Assembly: GCA_026023565.1 (NCBI GenBank) | Contig: JAPETS010000037.1 | Location: forward strand, 62,001-126,000 | DNA: 64,000 nucleotides | Reading direction: 5' to 3' | DNA from: Cirrosporium novae-zelandiae | Lineage: Eukaryota | Shown here: positions 24,116 to 36,038 of the stretch, one piece after another | How the letters are laid out: each line of letters opens with the position of its first letter | Position numbering within the stretch: position 1 is the stretch's first letter | Made by a program: the position numbers and the translations under genes | The notes under the pieces: model-generated | Told to the model about the DNA's origin: nothing | The model's input: only the letters and a program-made list of their open reading frames with translations | Database searches by the model: none

Positions 24116-26882
24116 ATGGAAACCCTAAGGAATATCCTGTATGTCATTTTCCAATACCCCTATTTAAGTCGAAATTACTGACAACCCTCAGGCGCCCGGG
24201 AAAAGATCAAGAGGATGAGATCCTCTATGGCTCCGGTGAAGCTCACGACAGTCACAAAGGGGAGATTGCTGGTGAAGGGTCCCATTTCCCAACCTCAACC
24301 TCAAATCAACCTAAATCTGCTGTCGCAAGTGGTCACAAGAGCTATGAAGGTTCCACTGGTAGAGTCGGTGCAACTCAACAACCGACGAACACTTCCACTA
24401 TTAGTTCAGGTACTCAAATCTCTGCACCGTTCAGGCCAAAGTATCTCGCAGGTCCCGATAGCACAGCCAGTATCAAATCTGGTATACAGGGTTATCCGCA
24501 GAAAAAAGAGTCACACATTCCGCTAACTGGAGGTCCTCAAATAGAACCTTCTCACGTAACACAAAATGTGGAACCAAGAGAAGATAGCTCCAGCGGATAT
24601 ACTGCTGGGCAATATTCGTCCAATCTAGCAAACAAAGTTGATCCAAGAGTCGATTCGGATCGTGATGATCATATAGTTGGCACAGGCTACGAAGAGACCT
24701 CAACTGAGAGAAGCACAAATGGACAGGGCATCCCAGATCGGACTATTCGAAACCAACAGTATGTTACTCTATCCCTTCATGAAATTTCTGACTGACTGAC
24801 TCAGCTCCCTGAGAAATGATAACTCTTCTAGCAATACCTCACACCTTGGACGCGAGATAGGATCTGGGGCCGCTGCAATTGGAGTAGCAGAGACCATCCA
24901 TCATCACCGGGAGTACAATGCTGAGGAAGCAAAGCGTGAGGATTCTGGAATAGCTACGGTTGGAACCACTACCACAAATTGGTCTTATCCATTAGCTAGT
25001 GGTACCACCGTATCGTCCACTAAACCATATTCCTCGCATGATAATGTGAGCGCCACCAACACCAGATATGGTTCTAGTATGGTTTCTACAACCACTGAGG
25101 GTCACGGCCACCTCGGACGAGATGCTGCTATTGGAGCCGGGGCTCTTGGAGCAGCTGGCCTAGCTGGACATGAATACAGAAAAGATCATGATAATGCTAC
25201 AGCCACTGGTTTGGATGGTCAAGGACACAGAGTGGAGTCCTTAGAAGCTAAACCCCACGATAAAGACAGCCGTGACCAAATCGAAGGAGATTCTGGAAAT
25301 AATGATGCACAATCTGTTCACAACCCTCACAACAGGGGCACCGTATATCGGTCTGATTCTAATACGGATCCTACTAGTCATATGCCTGGAGCCTTCGTGC
25401 TAACTCCTGGTGATGAAAGGAAGAATTATTCATATCCATATACTACCTCTTCTGTTGATGAACGAACAAATCAATCTCAACCTGAGGCTTTCCAAACCTC
25501 AGCCGGACCTCGCTACGAAAATGCCGGTCTTGTAGGCGCTGGCGGCCTTGCCGCATATGAAGCATCCAAACACCAGAATCGCAACCAACCAATAGCCAAT
25601 GATCCATCAGACCCAGATTATAGATTCCGCACAATGCAAAGTGAGCCTCAAAGCGCGGTCCAAGGTAAATCTGGAAATGATCATCATTATAGCCGTGACG
25701 CTGGGCTGGCTGGAGCGGGGGCCGCTGCGGCGTATGGAATTGCGGATCATCACCATCATAATGAACCTCCAAAGGTCGAGCCTAACGAAGCTGTTTATTT
25801 CCGGGCTCGGGAAACTGAACCGACCTTCATTCCAGCTGCTCAAGATCCTAGTCACGAGAATCACAATGCCCGCAACTCAGGAATCGCAGGATTAGCTGGA
25901 GCTGGCGGTACTGCCTATACAGCTAATCAGTATGACAAACAACGTGTTGAAACAAGGTATGTTCCCGGCAAAACTCGGATTGGTGAAGAACCGACACAGT
26001 CCACACAGGAGGACCATCATTATGGACGTGATGCTGGTTTGGCTGGCGCTGGCATAGGGGTTGGTGGAATCGCTGCTTATGAAGCTAATAAACATCATCA
26101 TCATCATGAGAACGATCCCAGGTCCGAGGACGGTTCTCCAACTAAGCAGGATCCTCATGATCATTCTATGGTCAAAAATGCTGCTTTGGTAGGCGGTGCA
26201 GGTGCTGCCGCTGGAATTGAATATTCAAAGCATGATGCCGCGAAAGAAGCTAAAGAGCAGCGAAAGCAATTCGAAAGGCAACAAAAAGAGTTAGAGAAGC
26301 AGCATGCTAAAGAACTCAAGGCCCAAGAGAAAGAGCGCTCAAGAGAAGAAAAGGCTCAGGAGAAGGGCCTTGAAATACAACACGATAAAGATCTCAAAGC
26401 GCAAGAAAAGGGGCAGGCTAGGGAAGAAAAGGCTCGTCAGAAGTCTTTAGAGGAAAAGGAACGTCAAGAATCCATCGATAAAGAGGAAAAGGAGGAAACT
26501 GGTCGCAAGAAACGACATAGTTTCTTTTCGTTCTTCCATCGAGATAAATCTCCTAAGGATGAAGAAAAAGAGGAACACCTTGATCAAGAAGAGGTGGAAG
26601 GTGCTGCTGGGGTTGGAGCTGCAGCTGCAGTAGAAGATGCACATGAGCATGGCAAACATGACCGTAACAGATTGCACAAAGACCCACCGGCTGAGAGGTA
26701 GGCTACCTGGTTTAGCTCTCTCCAATACTCGAGCTTGCTAATGAAAGCATAGGCTCAGCGATGATGGAGAGAAGAACGTTGTGATTGAGCCTTCCACTGG
26801 TCTCCCTATGAATGTAGGCAAGTATGGAACAGGTGAAGGTGGGACTGATGCTGGGCCAATTCATGGATATCAACAGGAGTAA
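24116..26882 (+). CDS. Large hydrophilic low-complexity protein with DPR (fungal dehydrin-like) motif and HHYGRDAGLAG repeats, 4 exons
   Basis: METLRNIL|RPGKDQEDEILYGSG start; introns 24139-24191, ~24759-24804, 26698-26752; NKVDPRVDSDRD motif; E/K-rich coiled coil; last exon EPSTGLPMNVGKYGTG. Confidence 0.8.
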
Positions 26883-27517
26883 TTCTCTTTGGGCTTATCC
26901 ATAAACAAAATGGAAGTTTACGAGACACGAAAGTATTAAGTATACAGCGGGTGATGGCTGTTGTTGTACTAGCTTAGCTGTATATCCTATTGCTAATAGA
27001 ATGGAATCTTGAGATGTATTAATAGTCAACTCTATGAAGACAAGAACAATACAGAACTTTATAAAAGGACAGTTCTAAATAATTAAGTTTGTAGTAGCAC
27101 ATACCCTTCCCTAGCATAAGTTGTCCATTGGTCAGTTCAAGGGTTAGATGCTCAATATAGAGTTGTTCGACGGTGGGACATTACATGCCTGTACGAGCAA
27201 GTGTATAGAAATCTATTGTAATCTTGTTGTATCTACTGCTCAGAAATCACCTAGCCCTTGTTTCTTATCATATCTCCACGCAACCAGCAAATGCATCTGA
27301 AGAAGCAACAGCTTTGAATCCCGTCCGAGCGCATAGTCTTGAGGTAATGCTGATTCGCTGAAAACAAAGTTTTTTTTTTTTTTTTTTTTAATATTCTTTG
27401 ATCCTTTTCATAAGCTATTAATTATATCAGACAACTGTATCGTTAATATCTACCATGGGTACCAGAAACGCCATCCACGATGATGCAAGCGCCGATTTTA
27501 TTTAAATTCCCAAATCT

Positions 27518-28614
27518 TTAATCTTCATGTGTGACCGCCATATCTAGAACCTCCACCCTCCCCCTCCCTCTGGTCTCAGCGCCTATGAACTCGCTCAGGC
27601 CCTTGAACGCTCCCGGTTCCACGAACCCAGTCACCTCCCACTCAGCGCCGAGCGTATCCTGCGCTTCCACCTGCTCCACGTAGCTCAGGATCCTATCCTT
27701 GACCGTCCCCTTCGTCTCTCCTCCTTCGGCGGCAGCCTCGCCAGCCGATTTCGATTTCGCTGCTTGTTTTAATTGGGCCGTGGGACAGGTGACGCGCAGG
27801 CGCATGCGCGCGCGCATGATGGGGATGGGCTGCCATGCGATGAGCGCCTTCATGGCATCCAGGGCTTGCGATTTTGCGGATTTGGTGGTCACGACGCCAG
27901 TCCAGGTGGGTCTTGGTTTTGAAGGAGCAGGGCTGTCTTTCGAGGCGCCGCCATTCGTGGTGGGGGTGGTGGTTCCGCTTGCCGCCGCGCTGTCTTCGCT
28001 GTGTCCGCCTTTCGAGCTCAGCACCTCCAACGCCTTCTCAATCATGCCGGTTGTGTAGACCCTCCCGCTGCGTGGATCTACTACCTTCCCCGCTACGATC
28101 TCAAGGACCTCTTTCTCCAGCCGTTCCAGTTCGCTTTTCCGTTCTTTCTCGCCCACCTGTAATTCTCCTTTCTTTAGGATCTCGAGGATGATGTCTTCCT
28201 GAGAGGTGTTTGCGCCGAACGATTTCTTGAGGTCGGCTGTCGGGGCCAGCTGGCCCTTCGAAACGGAGAGGAAGACGGATGGAATCTGCAGGACATTGTC
28301 GAGGTCTGTTTCGGCGCCCGTGCGGTATTCGAGGACTTTGTTTTTGTAGCAGGCTACCTCGTAGCGTTTTTTACCTGGGTGTGGGAAGAAGGGGTTAGAA
28401 TATGGGGTTTTTGTGGTGATGACGGCTGGGAGAGATGATTTACCTTTTTTTAATCGTACAAGGGAGACATTTGTGAGTTTGATTTGATTGGAGGGCTGTT
28501 AGGTTTTTATTTATTGATTAGTATTGGACTGTTTTTTGTTTGTTTGTTTGTATATTGAGAGAATCAATTCACGACGAGTGGAGCGCATACTTGATTTATC
28601 TTTCCTCCAGGCAT
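27518..28614 (-). CDS. SDO1: Ribosome maturation protein Sdo1/SBDS, 3 exons
   Basis: Spliced MPGGKINQ|PSNQIKLTNVSLVRLKKG|KKRYEVACYKNKVLEY...LDNVLQIPSVFLSVSKGQ; KSAKSQAL, RARMRLRV. Confidence 0.95.
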
Positions 28615-29230
28615 CTTTGCAGTTTGGGTATTTTGTATGATATCTATGGAGAGAAAGGAAGTAGATGATGAATGAGTGGGTTGTGACGGTTTTCATTCTT
28701 GGCGAAAATATAATAAAATGGAAAAAAAAACCCCCTCTCCCCCGCGCTAACTTGTCGTTATGATTTAAGGTTGAGTTCTTTGACATGTGATGAGGTTATT
28801 AACTTTATTCTGACTGGACTTATGCAAGTAATTATGCAAATACGTCAGTTGGCCGCTCGGTTTATCTAACAGACTTGGTGTTGGAATGGAACTGATTTCA
28901 TTCTGTAAACAATATCAAAGCCTAGCTAAGATTTTTACAGGGACCTGGTCACTCCATTCCATACAATCCCGCCTACACTAGTTGGTACCCCGACTCTCTT
29001 TGAACCAGTCCTTTATCAGTCCGCGTCACCAGTTTTCCCACAATATTTCCAAGACAGCTCTACCTCTAAATGTCCTTAATGAAGGCTTCCTGCAAGGCTG
29101 TGCAGTAAAGTTGCAGCATCTAGTGGAGGGAAGTTAGAATAAAATTTTGATTTTATATTAATACTCGGAGCTTTGGTCAGCTTCATTTGAGACAAGGCAA
29201 ACGTGGAATAGGATAATTTGTTCAAGTTAT

Positions 29231-29310
29231 TATCTATTGTCAGCTATTGTCAGCTATTGCCAGCTATTGCCAGCTATTGCCAGCTATTGCCAGCTATTGC
29301 CAGCTATTTA
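29231..29310. repeat. 10-bp minisatellite (CAGCTATTGY) x~8
   Basis: Tandem array read directly. Confidence 0.95.
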
Positions 29311-29773
29311 CTATCAGTCTTCATTAATAACAAAGGTTCAGTAGGCAAGAGAATTAATATAGAATTGTCGGTCCTTTGTTTTGGAAAAGCCCCAATCGGA
29401 TGACATCACATATAACCCGAATGCGCATTGTGTAACTCCTAACGAGTCCAGTGGTTGACATCCACCAAGGAATCCTTCCAAGATTCTTGAGCTACGTGGA
29501 CCCGTAGAGGGGTTCCCTCCTTTGCGACGCGCGAAGCAGGTAACATAAAAAGATCCCTTCGAACAACCAAAACCTGTACAAATCTGTGACTTCATTCATC
29601 CCATTTTCTTTTCCACTGTCCATCAGCAAGTCTGTATTTCTTCCCTCAACCGAGGCATATATTATTAGCGTTAGTTTATATATTCACCAAGCATTCATTC
29701 TTCACCACAAAAAAAGGCATTAATTTCTAGTCTTATCGAAACCCCTCTATCTTGCCTCGAATCTTGTATAAAC

Positions 29774-30900
29774 ATGGGTGGATCAGATACCAGGATCGGG
29801 AAAGCACAATTCCTTCCATACAGGAAGTAAGTTCAGGATCTCTCGACGTTGCTAGCAAGGTCTCTCACTAATGGCACTTTCATGACACCAGTTTCATCAC
29901 CTCTCCTTCATTTACACTTGAGATTGAAGGCTCAAACAAAAAGTTTTCCATTCATGAAGCTCTACTCAAGTCAACGTCAGATGCCCTCTGGAATGCTTGT
30001 GATCATAATTGGTTGGAGAGCCGAGAACGTTGCTACAAGTTTAGCAGCGATGTGGTTGAGGACGTCATCACATGCTTTGTGGAGTGGGCTTACACCGGTG
30101 ATTATTCCATTCCAGGAACAAGATCAGAGATCCATCATGATATAGCGCCACCGGTGCCACAACCTCCAACAGTCTATGTTCTACACTGCAAGTGCTGTAA
30201 CGCGACCTACTGCTCCCAAGAAAATTCTAGCCACGGCGACTGTTTCTCCTGTGGCCAACCGCGAAGCGATTATTCTTCTTTGCTGTGTTCTGGACGATTT
30301 GACGAAGACGAACTGTGGGTTCCGGTATTGCAGAAGCCAGCGCAAAAAGCGGTTGAAGACGTGCCCACCGAACAACCCCTACAAAAACAGTTAGAACCAG
30401 TCATTGAAGAACCCCAATCCGAGGAAGGATCCGCAGTATCCGTATCATCCTCAGCCACAGAGACCCCACCGCGACAGGCCTCTCCAGCGCCCTCAGAACC
30501 CGAAGAGATACCCCCACTCCTCCTCTACATCCACATCTACTCCTTCGCGCACACATACTTCATGGACCCCCTATGCAACCTTTCGCGCGAAAAGATATTC
30601 CAAACCCTCCAAGAAACCGGCACCTCCTGGTCCCTCAGCGACCAGAACACCATCTTCGAACTCCTCCACTACACCTTCAACAACCTCCCCGAGAGCGATA
30701 TCTTCCTCCGCTGGTTGGGCATCTATGCCAGCTCGAATATCTCTCGACTGACAAGGGACCCGCCGAGGCTGGGAGAGCTGCTCGAGTCCCCCGCCGGACC
30801 GACTTTCGCCAAACATGTTTTTATGAATGTTAATCAGGGGAGCGATGATCCTTATGCCATTAATGACAAGGAGATTGCTCGTCGAGCTACGATTTTTTAG
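29774..30900 (+). CDS. BTB/POZ-domain protein with Cys-rich insert, 2 exons
   Basis: Exon 1 MGGSDTRIGKAQFLPYR, GTAAGT intron, then FITSPSFTLEIEGSNKKFSIHEALLKSTS...CFVEWAYTGDY; C-terminal LLYIHIYSFAHTY. Confidence 0.8.
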
Positions 30901-32321
30901 ACGGAGAGGGTTGGAGGCAGCCTGTCTCTCTCGCCCTACATTCTATGCTAGGAAGAATCATCACCTACCATTACCATTCATCACCATCACCATTCACCAC
31001 CATCCCATCCACACCTCCTGAGTTTAATGCTCACTCATCTCGACCACCTAAACATTCCTTATCTGTTTTATTTATTTTCGGGTTTCCTATACTTGATTGA
31101 TTTTGTTCTTAAGAGCGGCGGGCGCAGGTGGGGGGATTGTCGGGCAAGGGCAACAGCAACGAAAAACATGATGAAATCTTTTAGACAAATGTCCCCCCCT
31201 CCCCCCCCCCAAAAAAAAAGCAGGCGGGAGGGGGGGGGGGGGGCTAATTAGAATAATTAATAGTTAATAGTGGATGAGAAATGAATATATGATATTGATG
31301 GAAATGGAGGCGGGTTTTGTTCTGATGTGAGATAACTTGTTAATTTATTTCTTATCGATTATCTATATTTACCTATCGATCTAATTCTTACGTCATATCC
31401 CATAATTAATTAATCATCCCACATCATCCCATGACCCCTTCACATGCCCTTCAATAATATCCTTGTCAAAAAAAATTTTCCCCCGTACATTAATTACCTA
31501 CCATATCCACTCAGTCTAGACTATCTACATGTTTTTATTCCCCTTTTCAAAAAGAAACTTCATTATTTCGAGTGACTGGTTGGCTTAGTCTATTCTATCT
31601 ATCTATAATTATCTACCTACCTACCTAAGTACCTAGGTATCAAACAAGACGAGGACGGACAGATGGGGTATATCATATCATATCCATATCCCGCTGGACT
31701 AGTTAGTTAATTAAATAAATAAATGATTTATCTAGGTATGTAGGTAGGTAGGTAGGTAGGTGTCAGAGTTAAAACCGTAACCCTCCCACGTGCCTCCCTA
31801 TAGATATACGAAAAGAAAAGAAAACCAAAGCAGAAAAAGAAAAAAGAAAAAAATATACCTTGCGAGAAGGTTTCTTTTAATAAGAGACCTACCTATTAGG
31901 TTCGGATCATGTTTGTCGTATGCGAGAGTTTTTGAATGAATGAATGAGGATTCCATAACACCCCATTGGGGGAGTCTCTCGTGGCTGGGATCTATTTTGG
32001 ATCTATTTTGGATATGGATAGGCTTGGGGGGGGGGGGAGTTCCTACTATAGGGGATAATGATAGTGATGATGATGACTTGATGGATAGATGGAGTGTGTA
32101 TATCGGGAATGTAAACGTGAATATGAATATGAATATGAATATGGAGTCCTGTTGTGGAATGTAGGGTGTAGGGTGTGGGGTATTACCCTCCTCTCCTCCT
32201 CCTCGCTCTCAAATTGCATAGCATACGCCAAGTACCTAGGTAGATAGATAGTTCCTAGACTAGATAGAACAAATAGACCATTTCTGTACTTCCCTAATCC
32301 CAACCCCCCCCCCATTTAGCC

Positions 32322-35222
32322 CTACCTCTCTACCTTAAGTCCCTCCAACCTCTCGGCCAACCTCTCCCACGCAGGCGACCCCTCCCACCTCTCCCTCCCA
32401 CGACCCATAACCCCCCTAACCGCACTCCTACTCTTAAACCTCCACTCCTTACAAACCAAAGTCCCATCATTCATGCCCTCCCTCTGCCTCTCCCCAAGCG
32501 ACTCATACGCATCGCACAGCTCCTCCGTCTCCCTCGCTACCTCCTCAAACACCCTCCCATCATCACCATCAACGATGTTATCTTCCCAGTTAGACCCCCC
32601 CGAGGGTGCCAGCGCCGCCCTCCACGCATTCTCGTTCGCGGAGAGAGAGGCAAAGGGTCGATTTCGCCAGAGCTGGATCCGCGCCACCAGGCGCCAGAGT
32701 TCTGCGGAGTGCGTGATTACGGGGATGACGTCTTTGTCCATGAGGCGGAGGAACATGCGCGTGATGCCTCTGTTTGCGGATTCTGGGCTGTAGGGTTTTT
32801 GGGATATGATTGTTCGGGTGACGAGGGAGAGGATGAGGATGTCGATTTGCTTTTCGGCGGAGGAGCCGCTGGTGGTGCTTTTGGAGCTGCCTTGGAGGGA
32901 AAGTTGAATGAGGCGTGATTGCGCAACTATGATTGTGGCGATGTCTGGGGGTGAGACTGAGGCGGCTACTGTGAGGAGGTTGGAGGTGATGCGGGGGTTT
33001 TGGGGAGCTAGTCGTGAGGCTTGATTGAGAGCGTGCAGAGCGGAGTGCTTGTTTGAGTGTTTGGTTTTGGTTTGGGAGTCTGGAATTTTTTCTTCTTCGA
33101 CCTCTTCGTCCTGTAGAGGTGGCGGTGCAGGCAAGACTTCGGTACCCCTGAAATCTTCGGGGAGTCTCAGGAGCGCAGCCGCGAGATTGCTCCATGCTTC
33201 CGCATCGTCGTCCTGAATTTGGACTGATTGTGTGAATGATTCGACTGCGCTTGGCCAGTCTTCTAGTTGTAGGTAGACGCAGCCCACGGCGAACCAGGTG
33301 GAGGCGTTTAGTCGGTTGATTTTGAGACTGCGCCTGTATGCTTCCGCTGCTTTTGCGTATTGTTTTGTGGTGACGTAATGGCGGCCAACTGACCGCTGGG
33401 CACGTGCGTAATGATTGTTCGAAACTTCCCATGCACGCTCGTAGAGTGAGGGCTCGTGGTCAAGATCGCCCAGGATACAAAAAAGCCGTGGAGCGTTAGG
33501 TGGGAGCGGGCGAAGTTCCGGTCCTTCGTACTTGTCGTTCTCATCTCCAGCCCCACTTGCAGTATATAGCTGCCTCCGAACTATTCTTCGAGCCTGATCT
33601 TCGCGATCTACGGCTGCATAGCAGAGGGCTGCCTCGGGCCACATGTGCAGACGCTCGTAGATCTCAAGAGCGGTACGTAGGCCACCGAGATTTACCCACC
33701 TAGCCGCGAGCTCAGCTTCGAGATCCCAACGCGTCGGAGAGGACAGTGCATATACATATCGAAGACGTTCGGAGGCCGGAGCAGATTCGGAGGGCTTGGG
33801 CTTCGGGAGGAAGGCTGTGGATGGCGCGTCACCATCTGCATTATTAGGGAGCACTTCAATATTTGGATCGGAAGATCCGATGAAACTTGTTTCGGCAATA
33901 ACTTGATCCACTAGGGCTTGCAGTTGAAGGACGCCTCTCTCAACTGTCCGTGATCTGTAGCCTTCGATACGAGAGCGGACGAGAAGAGCTTGTGTATACA
34001 CTTGCCAGTTGGAACTTCCTCCTTCAAGGACTCGGGTTGCATAGGGTAGTGTTTCTTCGCGGGTTAGACCATGTTCGGGGGAGGTGTTCGTGATGGAAGA
34101 GGCAAGGGAGAGGAGAATAATAGAATCAAGAGGCTTCAGCTGTGGTTGATTGGAGGGATCAACAGACATAAGTGCCCGAGGAATGTCTCTTTGTAGTTCA
34201 TGTGCGCTAGCGGTGGGCTTGGAAAAAGAAATGGCTTCTAGAAGGGTATCGTCGTTTAGATCGATATTATCAGGCTTGGTCTTCTGGTCTAGGTTTTCTT
34301 TATTTTCTGCGGGAGATTTTCCATTTCTATCTCTCTCGGTCGCTTCATCCCAGCTTTTAGCCAGTACCACTAACTGACTAACATCCTTCTGCTGGAATTT
34401 TGTTCTCTTTCCCAGTCTTCCCGTTAGTACATACTGAAATCTTCTTGTCATCGTTGCTTCCTCTAAGTCTTTTCTAGCCTTCTTATCAAGACCGTGTTGA
34501 GTATAAATGGCTGCTCTCTCAAGCAAGAATTGGACTCTTGCATCTTTGGAATATCCAGAAGCGATCCCCAGTACTTCTTCCCCAACAATTTTCAAGTCAT
34601 CGAAAATCAAACTCTGGAGTGAATCTGTATTCTCCGAAAGCAATTTCTGATGAATGAAGTTGACCCTCAACCTCGCCCATCTTGCACCTGGAACCATGTC
34701 AATAATTTCATGGCTATTCAGGATTCTTCGTGCAGCGCAAAGAAGCTCCACATGTGGAATCAATTGGTACGCTGTCTCTCCGTCAACCGTCAAGCCCTCA
34801 ATCATACGCTTCTGCAGCGTAGAGGCTTCTTGGCCTGAGGTACGAAGGACTGAAGGAATGAGGAGATCTGATGGGTTGAAGGAGAGAACGGGTCCAGTAA
34901 CATTAGACTGGAGAAATGCTTCGAGAGCGGCGAGCCCAACGCAAAAATAGTTAAATGCTCGAGATAAGTGGAGATCACAGTCATCAGCAGCATCTTTGAG
35001 TAAGGAACCGACTGCACGGGTGTAGAAATCACCGGGATCCTGATCTCCCAGAGATAATTCTTTTGAGCTTATAATTTCTCTCGTTTGGGGTCCAGAAAGT
35101 ATTTCTTCATATTTGCCTTCTTTGAGGTCTTCAACAATTTGGAGTAACGCCTTTTTGGAGCTCAACCTTGGAGTTTGCTGAAAAGCAGCCTCTAGAAAAG
35201 GAAATTGTGCGAAATCCATCAT
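32322..35222 (-). CDS. EMW1: TPR-repeat protein Emw1/TTC27
   Basis: Long single ORF with AFLQSNVTGP, LTGRLGKRTKFQQKDVSQL, SSNWQVYTQALLVRSRIE, TVERGVLQLQAL and C-terminal TPRs. Confidence 0.88.
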   Translation of the reverse strand: MMDFAQFPFLEAAFQQTPRLSSKKALLQIVEDLKEGKYEEILSGPQTREIISSKELSLGDQDPGDFYTRAVGSLLKDAADDCDLHLSRAFNYFCVGLAALEAFLQSNVTGPVLSFNPSDLLIPSVLRTSGQEASTLQKRMIEGLTVDGETAYQLIPHVELLCAARRILNSHEIIDMVPGARWARLRVNFIHQKLLSENTDSLQSLIFDDLKIVGEEVLGIASGYSKDARVQFLLERAAIYTQHGLDKKARKDLEEATMTRRFQYVLTGRLGKRTKFQQKDVSQLVVLAKSWDEATERDRNGKSPAENKENLDQKTKPDNIDLNDDTLLEAISFSKPTASAHELQRDIPRALMSVDPSNQPQLKPLDSIILLSLASSITNTSPEHGLTREETLPYATRVLEGGSSNWQVYTQALLVRSRIEGYRSRTVERGVLQLQALVDQVIAETSFIGSSDPNIEVLPNNADGDAPSTAFLPKPKPSESAPASERLRYVYALSSPTRWDLEAELAARWVNLGGLRTALEIYERLHMWPEAALCYAAVDREDQARRIVRRQLYTASGAGDENDKYEGPELRPLPPNAPRLFCILGDLDHEPSLYERAWEVSNNHYARAQRSVGRHYVTTKQYAKAAEAYRRSLKINRLNASTWFAVGCVYLQLEDWPSAVESFTQSVQIQDDDAEAWSNLAAALLRLPEDFRGTEVLPAPPPLQDEEVEEEKIPDSQTKTKHSNKHSALHALNQASRLAPQNPRITSNLLTVAASVSPPDIATIIVAQSRLIQLSLQGSSKSTTSGSSAEKQIDILILSLVTRTIISQKPYSPESANRGITRMFLRLMDKDVIPVITHSAELWRLVARIQLWRNRPFASLSANENAWRAALAPSGGSNWEDNIVDGDDGRVFEEVARETEELCDAYESLGERQREGMNDGTLVCKEWRFKSRSAVRGVMGRGRERWEGSPAWERLAERLEGLKVER

Positions 35223-36038
35223 TGTAGGAGTATTGGGTATCAAATGTGTGCCTTGGGAAAAGATCTCAGAGTTTTAGGTCGTAAGCCCTATTGAAAATAA
35301 TTTATACGTCCAAAAATCCATATACCATCATAGCTCATGTAATCAGTTATCGTACCTTCATTATTGTCAACATATTTAAGAATGATGGTGCTGGAGATGG
35401 CTGGTTAGTTTACTCCAAGATAGATTAGTTCGAATTTTTTTACTGTTATCGAGTTCCTATGTCATGGTGGTCGTCATCTACGAAAGCCAGTGGATGCCTG
35501 GTTATTGAGGCAGCCAGTAATCAGACCACGTGATTATCACTAGACTAATTAGCGTTTCTCACGCAGGCCACACAGGCCACACAAAGAAGTCTTTCTTCAA
35601 CTTATCCCATCTATCTTGCTCATCAATGTGGGGCAAAAAGGGGGAAGAAACACACGGCCCCCATGTACAATTAACATAATCCGCAATTGGTAATTATCCT
35701 TCCATGACACGTTCTCACAGCACTAAATACATAAAAATATTCCTAGGCCCATTCTTATTTGTCTAACTGACTACCTCCGTCTTGTTTCCTCGCTTTAGTA
35801 TATATGCTAAAGTAGTCGCCTTGTTGCTATAGTCTAAGAGATCTTCTGCTCACGTTGTCTACCTGGGTACTCATAAATGCCGCTTTAACTATTCCAGAAG
35901 TATTCGAAGATTTTATCCTGGTTGAGTTGCTCCTGTTGTTGTTTTTTTCCTTGTGTGGTTTACTCTCCCAGAGTAACTTGACATATCCTACAAATTACTT
36001 TGGCAGCTTGCATTCTATTTTTTTATTGCTTTTAAACC

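Noticed and set aside
29231..29310. CRISPR-like array
   Set aside because: Spacer-less 10-bp tandem repeat in a eukaryotic genome; the overlapping 61-aa ORF is a repeat artefact.
32473..33432. Overlapping ORFs of 106-280 aa inside EMW1, and similar ones over other genes
   Set aside because: Alternative-frame or antisense shadows of GC-rich coding sequence with no recognisable motifs.
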